Positions 52,220-63,169 of a stretch of DNA of 64,000 nt are shown piece by piece. Origin of the DNA: an uncultured Gemmatimonadales bacterium (GTDB taxonomy: Bacteria > Gemmatimonadota > Gemmatimonadetes > Longimicrobiales > Gaopeijiaceae); contig CAWGKG010000023.1 of the NCBI GenBank assembly GCA_963823035.1, positions 96,001-160,000 on the forward strand. The letters are read 5' to 3'. The first letter of the stretch is position 1, and each line of letters opens with the position of its first letter. A program made the translations under genes and the position numbers. Below the pieces are notes generated by a model, which made no database searches, was not told the DNA's origin, and saw only the letters and a list, made by a program, of their open reading frames with translations.

Positions 52220-54979
52220 CGCTCGTCCCTCGCTCGCATGCGGAAGTTCATCTGGACCCGGGCACCGGGCCGGACGTCGAAGATCGTGTCCACCGGCATC
52301 ATCGCCGGGTTCTCGAGGCGAAGACGGTGCCTCCCCGCAGAGAGCGCAACGTCGAGCGAAGTTCGCTCACCGCGCGCCACCCCGTCCACGAAGACGTTGG
52401 CCCACGGGAGGATCTGCAACACGAGCTGGCCGTCCGCAACGCGCGGCGCCGGGCGGCGCACGTCCACGGTCACCTCGTGGCTGACCCCACCCGCGCTCGC
52501 CGTGACCACGGCCCGCCCCACGCCCCGCCCCGTCACCTGACCGCTCCGGTCGACCTCGGCCACCGCCGAGGAGGACGACAGCCAGCGCACCGGCTCGTCG
52601 GTGACCGGCCGCCCCGCCCGGTCCGTGACCGTGGCCTCCAGCGTGACGGCGTCCCCGAGGTCCAGGTCGATGCCCGTCACGGAGGCGGTGTCGCCCTGCC
52701 TGTGGAGCGCCACCGCGGCCACGCCGGCCTCGACGGTCACCGCCACCTCCCGGCTCACGCCCTCCACCCTCGCCACGACCCGGGCGCTTCCGCCGGCCAC
52801 CCCGACGAGCATGCCACTCGGCGCCACGGAGGCCACCGCCGGGTCGCTCGAGCTCCATGCGACGGGGCGGTCCAGCGCGGCGCCGTCCGCGTCCGCGGCG
52901 GACGCGCTCAGGCCGATCGAATCGCCGAGCATGAGGCGGAGCGGATCGGAGGCGGCCGCACCGTCCGCAGTCAGGATGCGTACCTGCGCGACGGTCGGCT
53001 CGGGCTCCGACCGGTGCGTCACCCACCACCCCCCCGCGACCAGCGCGAGGAGGACGACGGGAACGCCCACCACCAGACGGCGCGGGAGCGGCGTGGATCC
53101 GACCGCGGCCTCTCCGGCCGCACCCAAGCCTGCCGGGGTGGGCGGGGACGCGGCGTACGAGGGCGTCGGCGCCGAGGTGGCGGCCCCTCCCCGTGTCGCC
53201 CGCTCGGCCGGAGCCGACGTCGGTGGCGGCGCCGCGCCGGTCGCGAGAGCGGCCGTCTGCCCGGTCGCGACGACGCGCACCACGCTGGCGCTTCCCACGC
53301 CTTCGCAGTGGGCGATGACGCTCACGTTCCCGTTCTTCTTCGCGGTCACCACACCGTCCGCCGAGACGGTGGCCGTGCGCGGATCGCTGGACGACCAGCT
53401 CACGGGGCGTTCGAGCATCTGGCCGCGCTTGCCCCGCGGACGCGCCGTGAGCCGCACGCTCGACCCGACCTCCACGGAAAGGTCGCCCGGCTCGATCGCG
53501 ATCTGCACGACCTGGGGCGGCTTCACGTCGACCTGCACCATCTCGCTGAGGCCCACCCCCGCGGCCTTGATGAGCGCGGAGCCCGGCGCCACCGCCACGA
53601 GCTGTCCCGTGGACGGGTCCACCTGTGCGATCGACGGGTTGGTGGACTCCCAGCGCACCTCGCTGCCCGGCTCCTCGGCCCCGTCCGGGAAGAGGACCTT
53701 GGCCTGCAGGCTCAGCTCGTCGCCGACCTCCAGGTCGTCCGGATGCGGGATGATGCGGATCGACGTGGGCGTGCGCCGCGTGTCGCCGCGGCCGGCGGCG
53801 TCGCCCGTGGACGCGCCCGCGCCCGCCTTCATCACGAGCGCGGCGATCTCCTCGATCGCGGGGTCGTCGGGGGCGGGCGGCCTGAGACCCAGCGCCTTGA
53901 TCGCGTCCACGATGTCGGGCCAACGGTCGCCCGGGAGCTTGCCGAGCATGCGCTCCGTCGCGGCCGCGAGCTCGGGCGGGCAGTCGGGGCGGGCCGCTCG
54001 GATCGAGGGCACCGGGTCGGTCTGGTGCGCCATCAGCACCTGGTAGAACGGCCCGGTGAAGGGCGGCGCGCCGGTGAGCATCGCGTAGAGGACGCACCCC
54101 AGCGAGTACTGGTCGGACTCGTGCGTCACCGTGTGCCCGCGGCACTGCTCCGGGCTCATGTACTCGGGCGTTCCCATGACCAGCCCGGTCCGCGTCAGCC
54201 CGCTCGGGGTCTCGCTGACCTTCGAGATGCCGAAGTCCATCACGATGGCCAGGCCCTCGGTGTCGAGCATGATGTTCGAGGGCTTGATGTCCCGGTGGAC
54301 GATGCCCCGCCCCGGCCGGTGGGCGTACGAGAGCGCCACGCCCACCCGATAGAGGATGGCTTCCACGGCGGGGATCGAGAGCGGGCCCTGGGTGCGCAGG
54401 ATGCGGCTCAGCGACACGCCCTCGATGAAGTCCATCACGAAGTAGTGCAGGCCGCCCGACGCGCCCGACGTCGTACACGCTGACGATCGCCTCATGGCGT
54501 AGCGACGCGATGGTGCGTGCCTCGCGCTGGAAGCGCTGGACCATCGCCTCGTCCGTCAGCCAGCTCGGCGACAGGACCTTGATCGCGACGTTCCGGTCCA
54601 GCTCACGGTCCCTCGCCATGAAGACGATGCCCATCCCCCCGCGTCCCAGCTCGCGCACGAACCCGTACTTCCCGCCGCTGCTCTCGGTGACGCGCAGCGG
54701 GAGGGACGTCCACGCGTCGCCGAACATCGAGCTCGCGTCCTCGGCGCCGTGGCGGGCACCGCACGTGGAGCAGTACAGGTCGCCCGGGAGCACGGGGCTG
54801 TTGCAGCTCCCGCACATGACGCGCTCGCCCGTCGGGATCGTGCGCCGCGCGAGCGATCGGCGGGCCTCGCCGGTGCGCCCGTCGCGGGTCTGGATGCGGG
54901 TACCGCACGAGCTGCAGAACGCGTCCTCGGCGAAGATCCCGCGCCCACACGACGGGCACGAGTCGGTACGCTGCTCCAT
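52216..54979 (-). CDS. Membrane Ser/Thr protein kinase with N-terminal double zinc ribbon, four Big_2 domains and PEGA (frameshift near 54460)
   Basis: CPSC/CSSC and CGSC/CSTC, GRGGMGIVF, VAIKVL, HRDIKPSN, DFG, GTPEYMSPEQ. Big_2 repeats (WSSSDP..A.V). TM. PWANVFVDG. Confidence 0.9.
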
Positions 54980-55299
54980 GAACCCCGGGGTGAAGGCGAC
55001 GCGAGACTCACGCTCTTTCGAGCGCGGGGAGGGCCTGCAAGTCGCTTGCATGAAGGCCGTTGCCGGCAGAATAGACCGCGCGCCTCGCGCCGGTCAAGGA
55101 TCGCCGGAGGGTCCGCCGGGGGCGCGGAACCCCCTTCCGCGACCGCCGCGCGCGAGCTCGACGACGGAGCGCCGGCACCTGCCTTCGCCCTCACCCCGCG
55201 GCAGCGGGGTCGCGCGTGCTCCCCTTCTTCGGCGACCTGCTAGATTCGGAGCACCCCTCCCGTTCCGGCTCCCTCCTCCGCCCCACCCGGGAGGTTCCG

Positions 55300-56073
55300 G
55301 TGGGAGAGATCGTCCCCGTCTGGATGGTGGCGGCGTTGACGCCGCTGATCCTGCTCGTGGCTGGTGCGTACGCCTCGGTCGGCCTGGGCGGCGGTACCGG
55401 CTATCTGGCGATCATGTCGCTGTTCGGCCTCCCTCCCCACGTCCTGGCGCCGACAGCCCTCCTGCTGAACATCCTCGTGACGGCCGTCGCCCTCGTGCGC
55501 TTCGGCGTCGCCGGCAGGCTGCGGTGGCGCCTCCTCCTTCCCTTCCTCCTCCCGGCGCTGCCGGCGGCCTTCCTGGGCGGGCTGGTGAGCGCCGACCGTC
55601 GTCTGTTCATGGGGGTGCTCGCCGCCACGCTGGTCCTGGCCGCCCTCGCGATGCTGCGCTCGGCCCCGCGCGCCGGCGAGCGCGCCGACCTCCCGGACCC
55701 GACGCGGCTCCACGCGATCGCGATCCCGGCCGGGCTGGCGATCGGCTTCGTCTCCGGCTTCCTGGGGATCGGCGGTGGCGTCTTCCTCGGTCCGCTCGTG
55801 CTGCTCCTGGGATGGGCGGGGCCCCGACAGGTCGCCGCGATGAACGCCATGCTCATCCTGGTCGTGTCGGCCGTGGCGCTCGCGGCGCACGGGCTCAGGG
55901 AAGGCATCGACGTCCGTGTCGCCCTCCCCCTCGGTGCCGCGGCGCTCGTCGGGGGGCTGATCGGCGCGACGCTGGCCGAGAAGAAGCTGTCCTCGGGCCA
56001 GCTCCAGGGCCTCTTCGCCGTCATCGTGCTGATCGCGGCCGCCCGCGCCGCGTGGGAGGCGCTGGCCGGATAG
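55300..56073 (+). CDS. Sulfite exporter TauE/SafE family membrane protein
   Basis: YASVGLGGGTGY and repeat GFLGIGGGVFLGP, about 8 TM helices. Confidence 0.85.
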   Translation: MGEIVPVWMVAALTPLILLVAGAYASVGLGGGTGYLAIMSLFGLPPHVLAPTALLLNILVTAVALVRFGVAGRLRWRLLLPFLLPALPAAFLGGLVSADRRLFMGVLAATLVLAALAMLRSAPRAGERADLPDPTRLHAIAIPAGLAIGFVSGFLGIGGGVFLGPLVLLLGWAGPRQVAAMNAMLILVVSAVALAAHGLREGIDVRVALPLGAAALVGGLIGATLAEKKLSSGQLQGLFAVIVLIAAARAAWEALAG

Positions 56074-56092
56074 CAGCCGGCCCCGCCGGTCG

Positions 56093-58756
56093 TCACTCCC
56101 GGTTCAGCACCTCGATCGGGTCCACCGTGGCCGCGCGTCGGGCGGGCAGCCACGCGGCAAGCGCGCCCAGGGCGGGCAGGAGGATCGCTGCGGCCGCGTA
56201 GCTCAGCGGATCCAGCGGCCGGACCTCGTAGAGCATGGACGCCAGCACCCGGGAGGCGGCGAGGGCGACGCCCAGGCCGAGGAGCGTGCCGATGCCCACC
56301 GTGACGACGAAGGAGCGCGTCACCCGGAGCGACTCGCCGGCGGGGCGGGCACCGAGAGCGATGCGCACGCCGATCTCGCGCGTGCGCTCCTCGACCACGT
56401 GCGCCACCACCCCGAAGATGCCCACCGCCGCGAGGAGGACGGCGAGCGCCGCGAGCGCCGCCAGGAGCACCGCGCGTGCCCGGATCGGCGCCAGGATCTG
56501 CCAGCTCGCGCCCTCCAGCGTGCCGAGGCGTCCCACCACGAGGTCGGGGTCCACCGCGAGCGCCGCCTCGCGCATCCCCGCGGACGCGCCTCCCGCCCCG
56601 GCGCGGGCCAGCACCGACGCCGAGCCCGTCGTGAACTGGTCGATCGGAAGGTAGAGGTGCTCCTGCGGCTGGAGCGCGACCGCGAGCATGCGGGCGTCCG
56701 CCGCCACGCCCACGATCGTCGCCGACCGCTCGTCGTCTCCCCGCCCCACCACGACCTCGCGCCCGAGAGCGTCGCCGTCCGGAGCCAGGTGGCGCGCGAG
56801 GGACGCGTCCACGATCACCACGGTCGGATCGTCCGGTCCGTCGGCCGCAGTGAAGCCGCGGCCACGCAACAGAGGCAGCCCGAAGACCTCGAAGAAGTCG
56901 GCGCCCACGCGCGTGGCGGCGACCTCCGCGGCGTCCGCGGCGTCCGTCGCCCGGATCGGCTCCACGTTGGCCGTTCCGGCGGAGGGGAGGGGGTCCGCGA
57001 CGGTCGCGGGCGCGCCCACGCGCCTCGCCACCTCCTGGACCACCGACGCATAGAGCCTGCGGCGGTCCTCGCCGTCCGGGTAGCGGTCGGTGGAGGGCTG
57101 CAGCTCCACGAAGTCGAGCCCCGCCAAGGCGTACCCCGGATCGACGGCGGCCACCGCGGCCACGCTGCGCACCAGCAGCGTCGCGCCCGCGAGCAGCACG
57201 AAGGCCAGGCAGGACTCGGTCACCAGGAGGAGCCGCTGCGTTCGGCGCGTGCCCCGCGACGCCCCGCTGCGCCGACCTGCCCGGAGCGCGGACGCGGGAT
57301 GCGACCGCGAGGCGCGCCAGGCGATCGGCAGGCCGGCGCCGAAGGCGGCGAGCACGGTCGTCGACAGAGCGAAGGCGAGCACCGTCGGGTTGACGTGCGC
57401 GTCCGCCCCGCGCAGGAGGTCCACCGCGGCGAGCGACGCCATGAAGGGATGGAGGAGGACGGCGGCTCCGAGCACCCCCGCCCCGCCCCCCACCACGCAC
57501 AGCAGGAGCACTTCCGCCATCACCGTCCACGCGACCGCCACGCGCCCTCCTCCGAGAGCGCGGCGCACGGCCAGCTCTCCCTGTCGGTGCGAAGCGCGGG
57601 CGAGCACGAGGTTGGCCAGGTTCACCGCGGCCAGCACCACCACCAGCGCCACCGCGCCCATGAAGAGGGAGAGCCCGCCCTGGGCCTGACCGATGGCCTC
57701 CCCGCGACGCGACACCGCCCGCATCCCGGATCCCGCCAGCGCGCCGTCCGCCTCCCCGAGACGACGGGCGATCGCGTCGACCGCGTCGCTCACCTCGGCG
57801 ATGTCGGCTCCGTCCGCCACGCGGCCCACGCCGATCAGCACGGGCAGGCCCCGCGCCTCACGCTGCAGCCTCTCGGGAAGCGGGCTCCAGAGCTCCTGCT
57901 CCGGCGTGGGGAAGAAGAAGCCCGCGGGCATCACGCCGATCACGGTGTAGGGACTGCCGTCCAGGCGGAGCGGCCGGCCGACCACGTCCGGGTCGCGGCC
58001 GAAGGCATCCGTCCACAGCCGGTGCGAGATCACCACCACGGCCGCCCCGGAAGCGAGCTCCTCCCGTCCGGGAAGGCGCCCGAGCCGCGGCGCCACGCCG
58101 AGCGCCTCGAACACGCCCACCGAGACCGACGCCAGGGTGACGCGCCTGGCCCCCGCGTCGGTGCGAAGCACCACGTCGCTCGTGCCGGCGCCACCGATCG
58201 CCACCATCCCCGGGACGGACCGGACCGCGTCGATCTGCTCCAGCGAGACCGGATAGCGGTCCCAGAACTCCCGGAGCTGGGCGTTGTCCCCGTCACGCCA
58301 GGCGTCGTTGAGGCCGTACACCGTGACCACCCGGTCGGCGTCCGGATAGGGGAGCGTACGCGCGATCACGGCCTCCAGCGCCGAGAAGATCAGCGTGGCC
58401 GCGCCGATGCTCGCCGCGAGGGTCACGACGACCACGACGGCGAACCCCGGCCTGCGCGCCAGCGTCCGGACACCGATCCTGAGCTCCTCCCCGAACCTCC
58501 CCATCCGACCGCCTCCTTCCGCCATGGCCCGAACGCTCCTCCGCCTCGATCGGTGCAGCCGCCCCACGGCCCGGGCCAGGCTGCCGTAGGGGAGGCGGAG
58601 CACCTGTCCCCAGTACCAACCTCCCGCCCTCAGGGCACCCCGCTGGGCGTGGCGCCTCCGGTATCCCTCCTCCAGGTCCCCCGCGAGCGACTCCCCGACC
58701 TCGTGGGGAAGCAGGCGGCGCAGGAGGGCCTCGGCCAGCCGCGGCGGACGGGTCAC
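56093..58756 (-). CDS. ADOP-family duplicated ABC permease (MacB/FtsX type)
   Basis: N-terminal PPRLAEALL...GDLEE prefix, RTLARRPGF, NLANLVLAR, RRALGGGR, RTREIGVRIALGA, PARRAATVDP. GTGA overlap with padR. Confidence 0.92.
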   Translation of the reverse strand: MTRPPRLAEALLRRLLPHEVGESLAGDLEEGYRRRHAQRGALRAGGWYWGQVLRLPYGSLARAVGRLHRSRRRSVRAMAEGGGRMGRFGEELRIGVRTLARRPGFAVVVVVTLAASIGAATLIFSALEAVIARTLPYPDADRVVTVYGLNDAWRDGDNAQLREFWDRYPVSLEQIDAVRSVPGMVAIGGAGTSDVVLRTDAGARRVTLASVSVGVFEALGVAPRLGRLPGREELASGAAVVVISHRLWTDAFGRDPDVVGRPLRLDGSPYTVIGVMPAGFFFPTPEQELWSPLPERLQREARGLPVLIGVGRVADGADIAEVSDAVDAIARRLGEADGALAGSGMRAVSRRGEAIGQAQGGLSLFMGAVALVVVLAAVNLANLVLARASHRQGELAVRRALGGGRVAVAWTVMAEVLLLCVVGGGAGVLGAAVLLHPFMASLAAVDLLRGADAHVNPTVLAFALSTTVLAAFGAGLPIAWRASRSHPASALRAGRRSGASRGTRRTQRLLLVTESCLAFVLLAGATLLVRSVAAVAAVDPGYALAGLDFVELQPSTDRYPDGEDRRRLYASVVQEVARRVGAPATVADPLPSAGTANVEPIRATDAADAAEVAATRVGADFFEVFGLPLLRGRGFTAADGPDDPTVVIVDASLARHLAPDGDALGREVVVGRGDDERSATIVGVAADARMLAVALQPQEHLYLPIDQFTTGSASVLARAGAGGASAGMREAALAVDPDLVVGRLGTLEGASWQILAPIRARAVLLAALAALAVLLAAVGIFGVVAHVVEERTREIGVRIALGARPAGESLRVTRSFVVTVGIGTLLGLGVALAASRVLASMLYEVRPLDPLSYAAAAILLPALGALAAWLPARRAATVDPIEVLNRE

Positions 58757-59088
58757 GCGCGCCCCGGCAGCCCGTCCGCGTCGTCCACGCCAAGCCACAT
58801 CCGTTCCAGCATCGCGCGCGTCCGTTCGAGGGCTTCCCTGCCCTCTTCGGTCACCCGGTAGAGGCGCTTCGCCTTTCCGCCCCGCTGCGACGTCGGCTCG
58901 CCGAGCTCGGAACCCACCAGTCCACGCTCTTCGAGGCGCACCATGGTGACGTAGATCGTCCCGAGCGACACCGAGCGGTCCGCGGTCTCCACGAGGTCGT
59001 CGAGCAGCGCGGCCGCGTACGCCCCCTGGCCGACGCGCAGGGTCGCGAGAAGGAGGAGCTGCTCGAGGTCCGTGAGATGCTGCGGCAT
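58753..59088 (-). CDS. PadR family transcriptional regulator
   Basis: LEQLLLLA...AYA...VSLGTIYVTMVRLEERGLV...RGGKAKRLYRVTEEG. Typical partner of ADOP permeases. Confidence 0.9.
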   Translation of the reverse strand: MPQHLTDLEQLLLLATLRVGQGAYAAALLDDLVETADRSVSLGTIYVTMVRLEERGLVGSELGEPTSQRGGKAKRLYRVTEEGREALERTRAMLERMWLGVDDADGLPGRA

Positions 59089-59154
59089 CGGGTCGTAGCC
59101 GGGATGTGGCGCGCGGGTGGCACCGGCGAACTCGTCGTGCGCCCGGACACTTGT

Positions 59155-59175
59155 TATTCTTGAATTTGAAGAATA
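59155..59175. promoter_or_regulatory. AT-rich inverted repeat, candidate PadR operator
   Basis: TATTCTT-N7-AAGAATA in a GC-rich background, overlapping a minus-strand TATATT -10-like element upstream of padR. Confidence 0.55.
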
Positions 59176-59271
59176 TAGGCGTCCGGGTCTTCGGGGAAGG
59201 TGCGGTAGCATGGACGCGGCGGCGCGCGGGCGTGTCTCCTACTTTGGGGCCGACCCCGAAGAGGAGAGCCC

Positions 59272-59985
59272 GTGGCGCGCGCGAACCGCCCCCGGTACAT
59301 GCACGACGCGGAAACGCACAATCGCCGCGCCGCACGTCGCGTGGTCCCCTGGATCATGGAGCGCCTCGGCCCGAAGACCGTCCTCGACGTGGGGTGCGGC
59401 CTCGGAACATGGGCCGCCGTCTTCCTGGAGCACGGGTGTGACGTGCTCGGCCTGGACGGCGGCTACGTGCCGACCGATCTCCTCGACATCCCGCGGGACC
59501 GCTTCCGCGAGGTCGATCTCGAGGGGGAGGTGGCGCCGCCCGGGCGCTTCGATCTCGCGATCTGCCTGGAGGTGGCCGAGCACCTCTCGGAGCGTGCGGC
59601 TCCGGGGCTCGTGGCGCTGCTCACGTCGGCCGCCGACGCGATCCTCTTCTCCGCAGCCGTGCCCGGCCAGGGCGGGGACAACCACCTGAACGAGCGCTGG
59701 CCCGCGTACTGGCAGGGGCTGTTCCGCGCCCGGGGCTTCGACTTCGAGGACGAGGTGCGTTGGGCCTTCTGGGACGACGACGAGGTCGACTGGTGGTACC
59801 GACAGAACATGTTCCTGGTACGGCGGGGCGCCTCCGCCGACGTGGCCGCGCGCTCCGTCGTGCACCCGGCCCTCCTGGCGAAGAAGATGCGCGCCGTCGA
59901 GGACTTCTACGCCGGGCGCGTTCCGCTGCGCACGGCGGCGATCGTCCTGGCGCGCGCGCTCGGACGCTCTCTCCGCGGTCGCTGA
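59272..59985 (+). CDS. Class I SAM-dependent methyltransferase
   Basis: VLDVGCGLG, FDLAICLEVAEHL, FSAAVPGQGG.NH.NE. GAGGAG RBS. Confidence 0.88.
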   Translation: MARANRPRYMHDAETHNRRAARRVVPWIMERLGPKTVLDVGCGLGTWAAVFLEHGCDVLGLDGGYVPTDLLDIPRDRFREVDLEGEVAPPGRFDLAICLEVAEHLSERAAPGLVALLTSAADAILFSAAVPGQGGDNHLNERWPAYWQGLFRARGFDFEDEVRWAFWDDDEVDWWYRQNMFLVRRGASADVAARSVVHPALLAKKMRAVEDFYAGRVPLRTAAIVLARALGRSLRGR

Positions 59986-60069
59986 CCGGCCGCCCGCACC
60001 CCCCTTGCGGCCGGCGACGGCGCACCTCCGATTGGCCGCGAAGCCCGTTCCTCCGCTCGAGGAGTCTCG

Positions 60070-63000
60070 ATGATCCGCCGCCTCGTCCTCGCGGGCGCGC
60101 TCCTGGCGCTCGCTGCCGCTACGACCTCCGCGCAGTCCCCCGTCGACCAGGCCCTGAAGGGGCTGGACCTCCGCGAGATCGGGCCCGCCGTCATGGGCGG
60201 ACGCGTCGACGACGTGGAGGGCGTGGAGTCGGATCCCTCCACCCTCTTCGTCGGGATGGCGACCGGCGGGCTGTGGCGCACGACCAACCACGGCCAGACG
60301 TGGACGCCGCTCTTCGACGAGCAGCCGTGCACGACCATCGGGGACGTGGCGGTCTTCCAGGCCAACCCGAACGTGATCTGGGTGGGGACCGGCGAGCCGC
60401 AGAACCGGCAGAGCTCCACGTACGGCTGCGGGGTGTTCCGAAGCACCGACGGCGGCCGTAGCTGGACGGACCTCGGGCTCGAGGGCACGCGCCACGTCGG
60501 GCGGATCCGCCTCGACCCACGCGACCCGGACGTGGCGTACGTCGCGGCCGTGGGCCATCTCTTCGGTTCCAACGAGGAGCGCGGCGTCTACCGCACGCGC
60601 GACGGCGGAAAGAGCTGGCAGAAGGTCCTGTACGTGGACGAGAACACCGGCGTCATCGATCTCGCGATGGACCCGGGCGACCCCAACACCCTCTTCGCCG
60701 CGACGTACCAGCGCCGTCGCACCGTCTTCGGCTTCAGTGCCAGCGGCGGCGGTGGCGGCATCTGGCGCACCACGAACGGCGGAGACGCGCTGGACCCAGC
60801 TCACCGAGGGCCTGCCGAAGGGCGAGAAGGGACGCATCGGGCTCGACGTCTACCGTCGAGACGGCAACCTCGTCTACGCGAGCGTGGAGGCCGCGGGAGG
60901 CGAGGGGGGGCTGTACCGCTCCCGGGATCGCGGGGAGAGCTGGGAGAAGGTGAGCGACCGCAACCCGCGGCCGATGTACTTCAGCCAGGTGCGCATCGAC
61001 CCCAACAACCCCGACCGGATCTACATGGGCGGGGTGTCGTTCAACGTCTCCGACGACGGCGGGAAGACGTGGTGGGAGGGAGACGCGGCCGAGGGCGCGC
61101 ACGTCGACCATCACGCCATCTGGATCGACCCGTCCAACTCCGACCACGTGGTGATCGGCAACGACGGCGGCGTCGCGGCAAGCTGGGACGGCTCGAAGAA
61201 GTGGAGGCTCCTGAACAACTTCGCCATCGGCCAGTTCTACGAGGTCGGTTTCGACATGAGCGACCCGTACCGCGTGTGCGGCGGGTTGCAGGACAACAGC
61301 TCGTGGTGTGCCCCCAACCAGACCACCACGATCTACGGCCTGATGAACCGGGACTGGGTGGACGTGTGGGGCGGAGACGGCTTCTACAACCAGTTCGACC
61401 CCGAGGACTCGAATGTCCTCTACTCCGAGTCGCAGGGCGGCAACGGCGGGTGGGTGAACCTCACCACCGGCGAGTCCAAGCGCTTCCGCCCGGTCGCGCG
61501 CCCGACCGGAGACGAGCCGGACCGCGACTACCGCTTCAACTGGAACGCACCGATCGCCCCCTCCCGGCATCATCCCGGATGGGTCTATGTCGGAGGCGAC
61601 CACCTCATGCGCTCCCGCGACCGCGGCGCGACGTGGGAGGAGGCGAGCCCGGACCTGACGAAGCGGATCGACCGCGACACCCTCGAGATCATGGGCGCGC
61701 GCGTGACCCGCACCACCCTGTCCGGCAACGACGGCACGAGCAACTACGGGACCATCACCGTCGTCGAGGAGTCGCCGCTGTCGGGCGACGAGATCTGGGT
61801 GGGCACGGACGACGGCAACCTGCAGGTCACACGCGACGGCGGTACCACCTGGACGAACGTCGCCCCCAACGTCCAGGGGCTGCCCGCGCGATCGTACGTG
61901 AGCCGCATCGAGGCGTCGCACGCGCAGCCCGGACGCGTCTACGTCGCGTTCGACCGTCACTACCAGGACGACTACCGGCCGTACGTCTACGCGAGCGAGG
62001 ACTGGGGCGCCTCCTGGCGGCCGATCTCGGCCGGGCTGCCCGAGTGGTCGGTGAACGTCGTGCGCGAGCACCCCACCGAGCCGCGTCTCCTCTTCGTCGG
62101 CAATGAGATCGGGGTGTTCGTCTCCGTGGATCGGGGCGCGTCCTGGCACCGACTGCCCGACCTCCCGACGGTGAAGGTGAACGACCTCGCCGTGCACCCA
62201 CGGGACGACGACCTGATCGTGGCCACGCATGGCCGGAGCCTCTGGATCCTGGACGACCTCGCCCCCCTGCGGGCGATGGCCGACGCCGCGACGTTCGAAC
62301 AGGCGGTCACGCTCTTTCCCGTCGCCCAGGCCACCGAGTGGTTCCGCTCGGGCGGCTGGCCCTTCTGGGGAGACGCCTACCAGGGCGAGAACCCGCCGGA
62401 CGGCGCGCTCGTGCGCTACTGGGTGAAGGCCGACCACGAGGAGAAGGCCACGCTGACCGTGCGGTCCGCCACGGGCGAGATCCTCCGCTCGCTGGAGGGG
62501 CCCGCCGAGGCCGGGCTGCACCAGATCGTGTGGGACCTGCGCGAAAAGCCTCCCGTCGAGGTCGAGGCCGCGGGCGGTGGTGGCGGCGGCGGTGGCGGTG
62601 GCTTCGGTGGCGCCGTGCAGGGCCCGCTGGTCCTCCCGGGCACGTTCGTCGTCCACCTCGAGGTCGGCGACGCCGTGGCCGAGCAGACCGTGACGGTGCG
62701 CCTCGATCCGCGCGTCGAGCCCGACCCGACGGCCCTGCGCGCCCGCTACGACGCCGCGAAGAGCGCGGCCGCCATCGGCGGAACGATCCGCAACGCCCAG
62801 GGCGCGATCCGCAGGCTTCGCGATCAGCTCGACGACGCGAGGAAGCTCGTCCGGCAGAGCGACGCGGACAGCGCCCTCGCGGTCGCGGCCGACTCCCTCG
62901 GGACGCAGCTCGACTCGCTCGGCGCGCGCATCGGCCGCGCGAACCCCGGGCGGGCGGCCTCCGGCCTGGAGGGCGCCGCATCGGCGCCGAGCGCCGACGA

Positions 63001-63169
63001 GACGTGGGTGATCGACCGCGCGTGGCGCGAGGTACCACCGCTCGTGGAAGCGTTGAACCGCATCATCACGGACCGCATGCCGGCGTTCAACCGGCGGCTG
63101 GACCAGGCGGGCGTGCGGCCGTCGCCGGGCGAGCCCGTGGCGATGCCCCGCAGGCCGGGAGGCGGATGA
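60070..63169 (+). CDS. Secreted BNR/Asp-box (VPS10/sortilin-like) repeat protein, putative glycosyl hydrolase (frameshift near 60790)
   Basis: REIGPAVMGGR, repeated (S/T)xDGGx(S/T)W, HVDHHAIWIDP, GGLQDN, ATHGRSLW. Confidence 0.88.

Noticed and set aside
56093..59335. 1080-aa permease ORF overlapping padR
   Set aside because: The N-terminal extension is off-frame padR sequence. The real start is GTG 58756.
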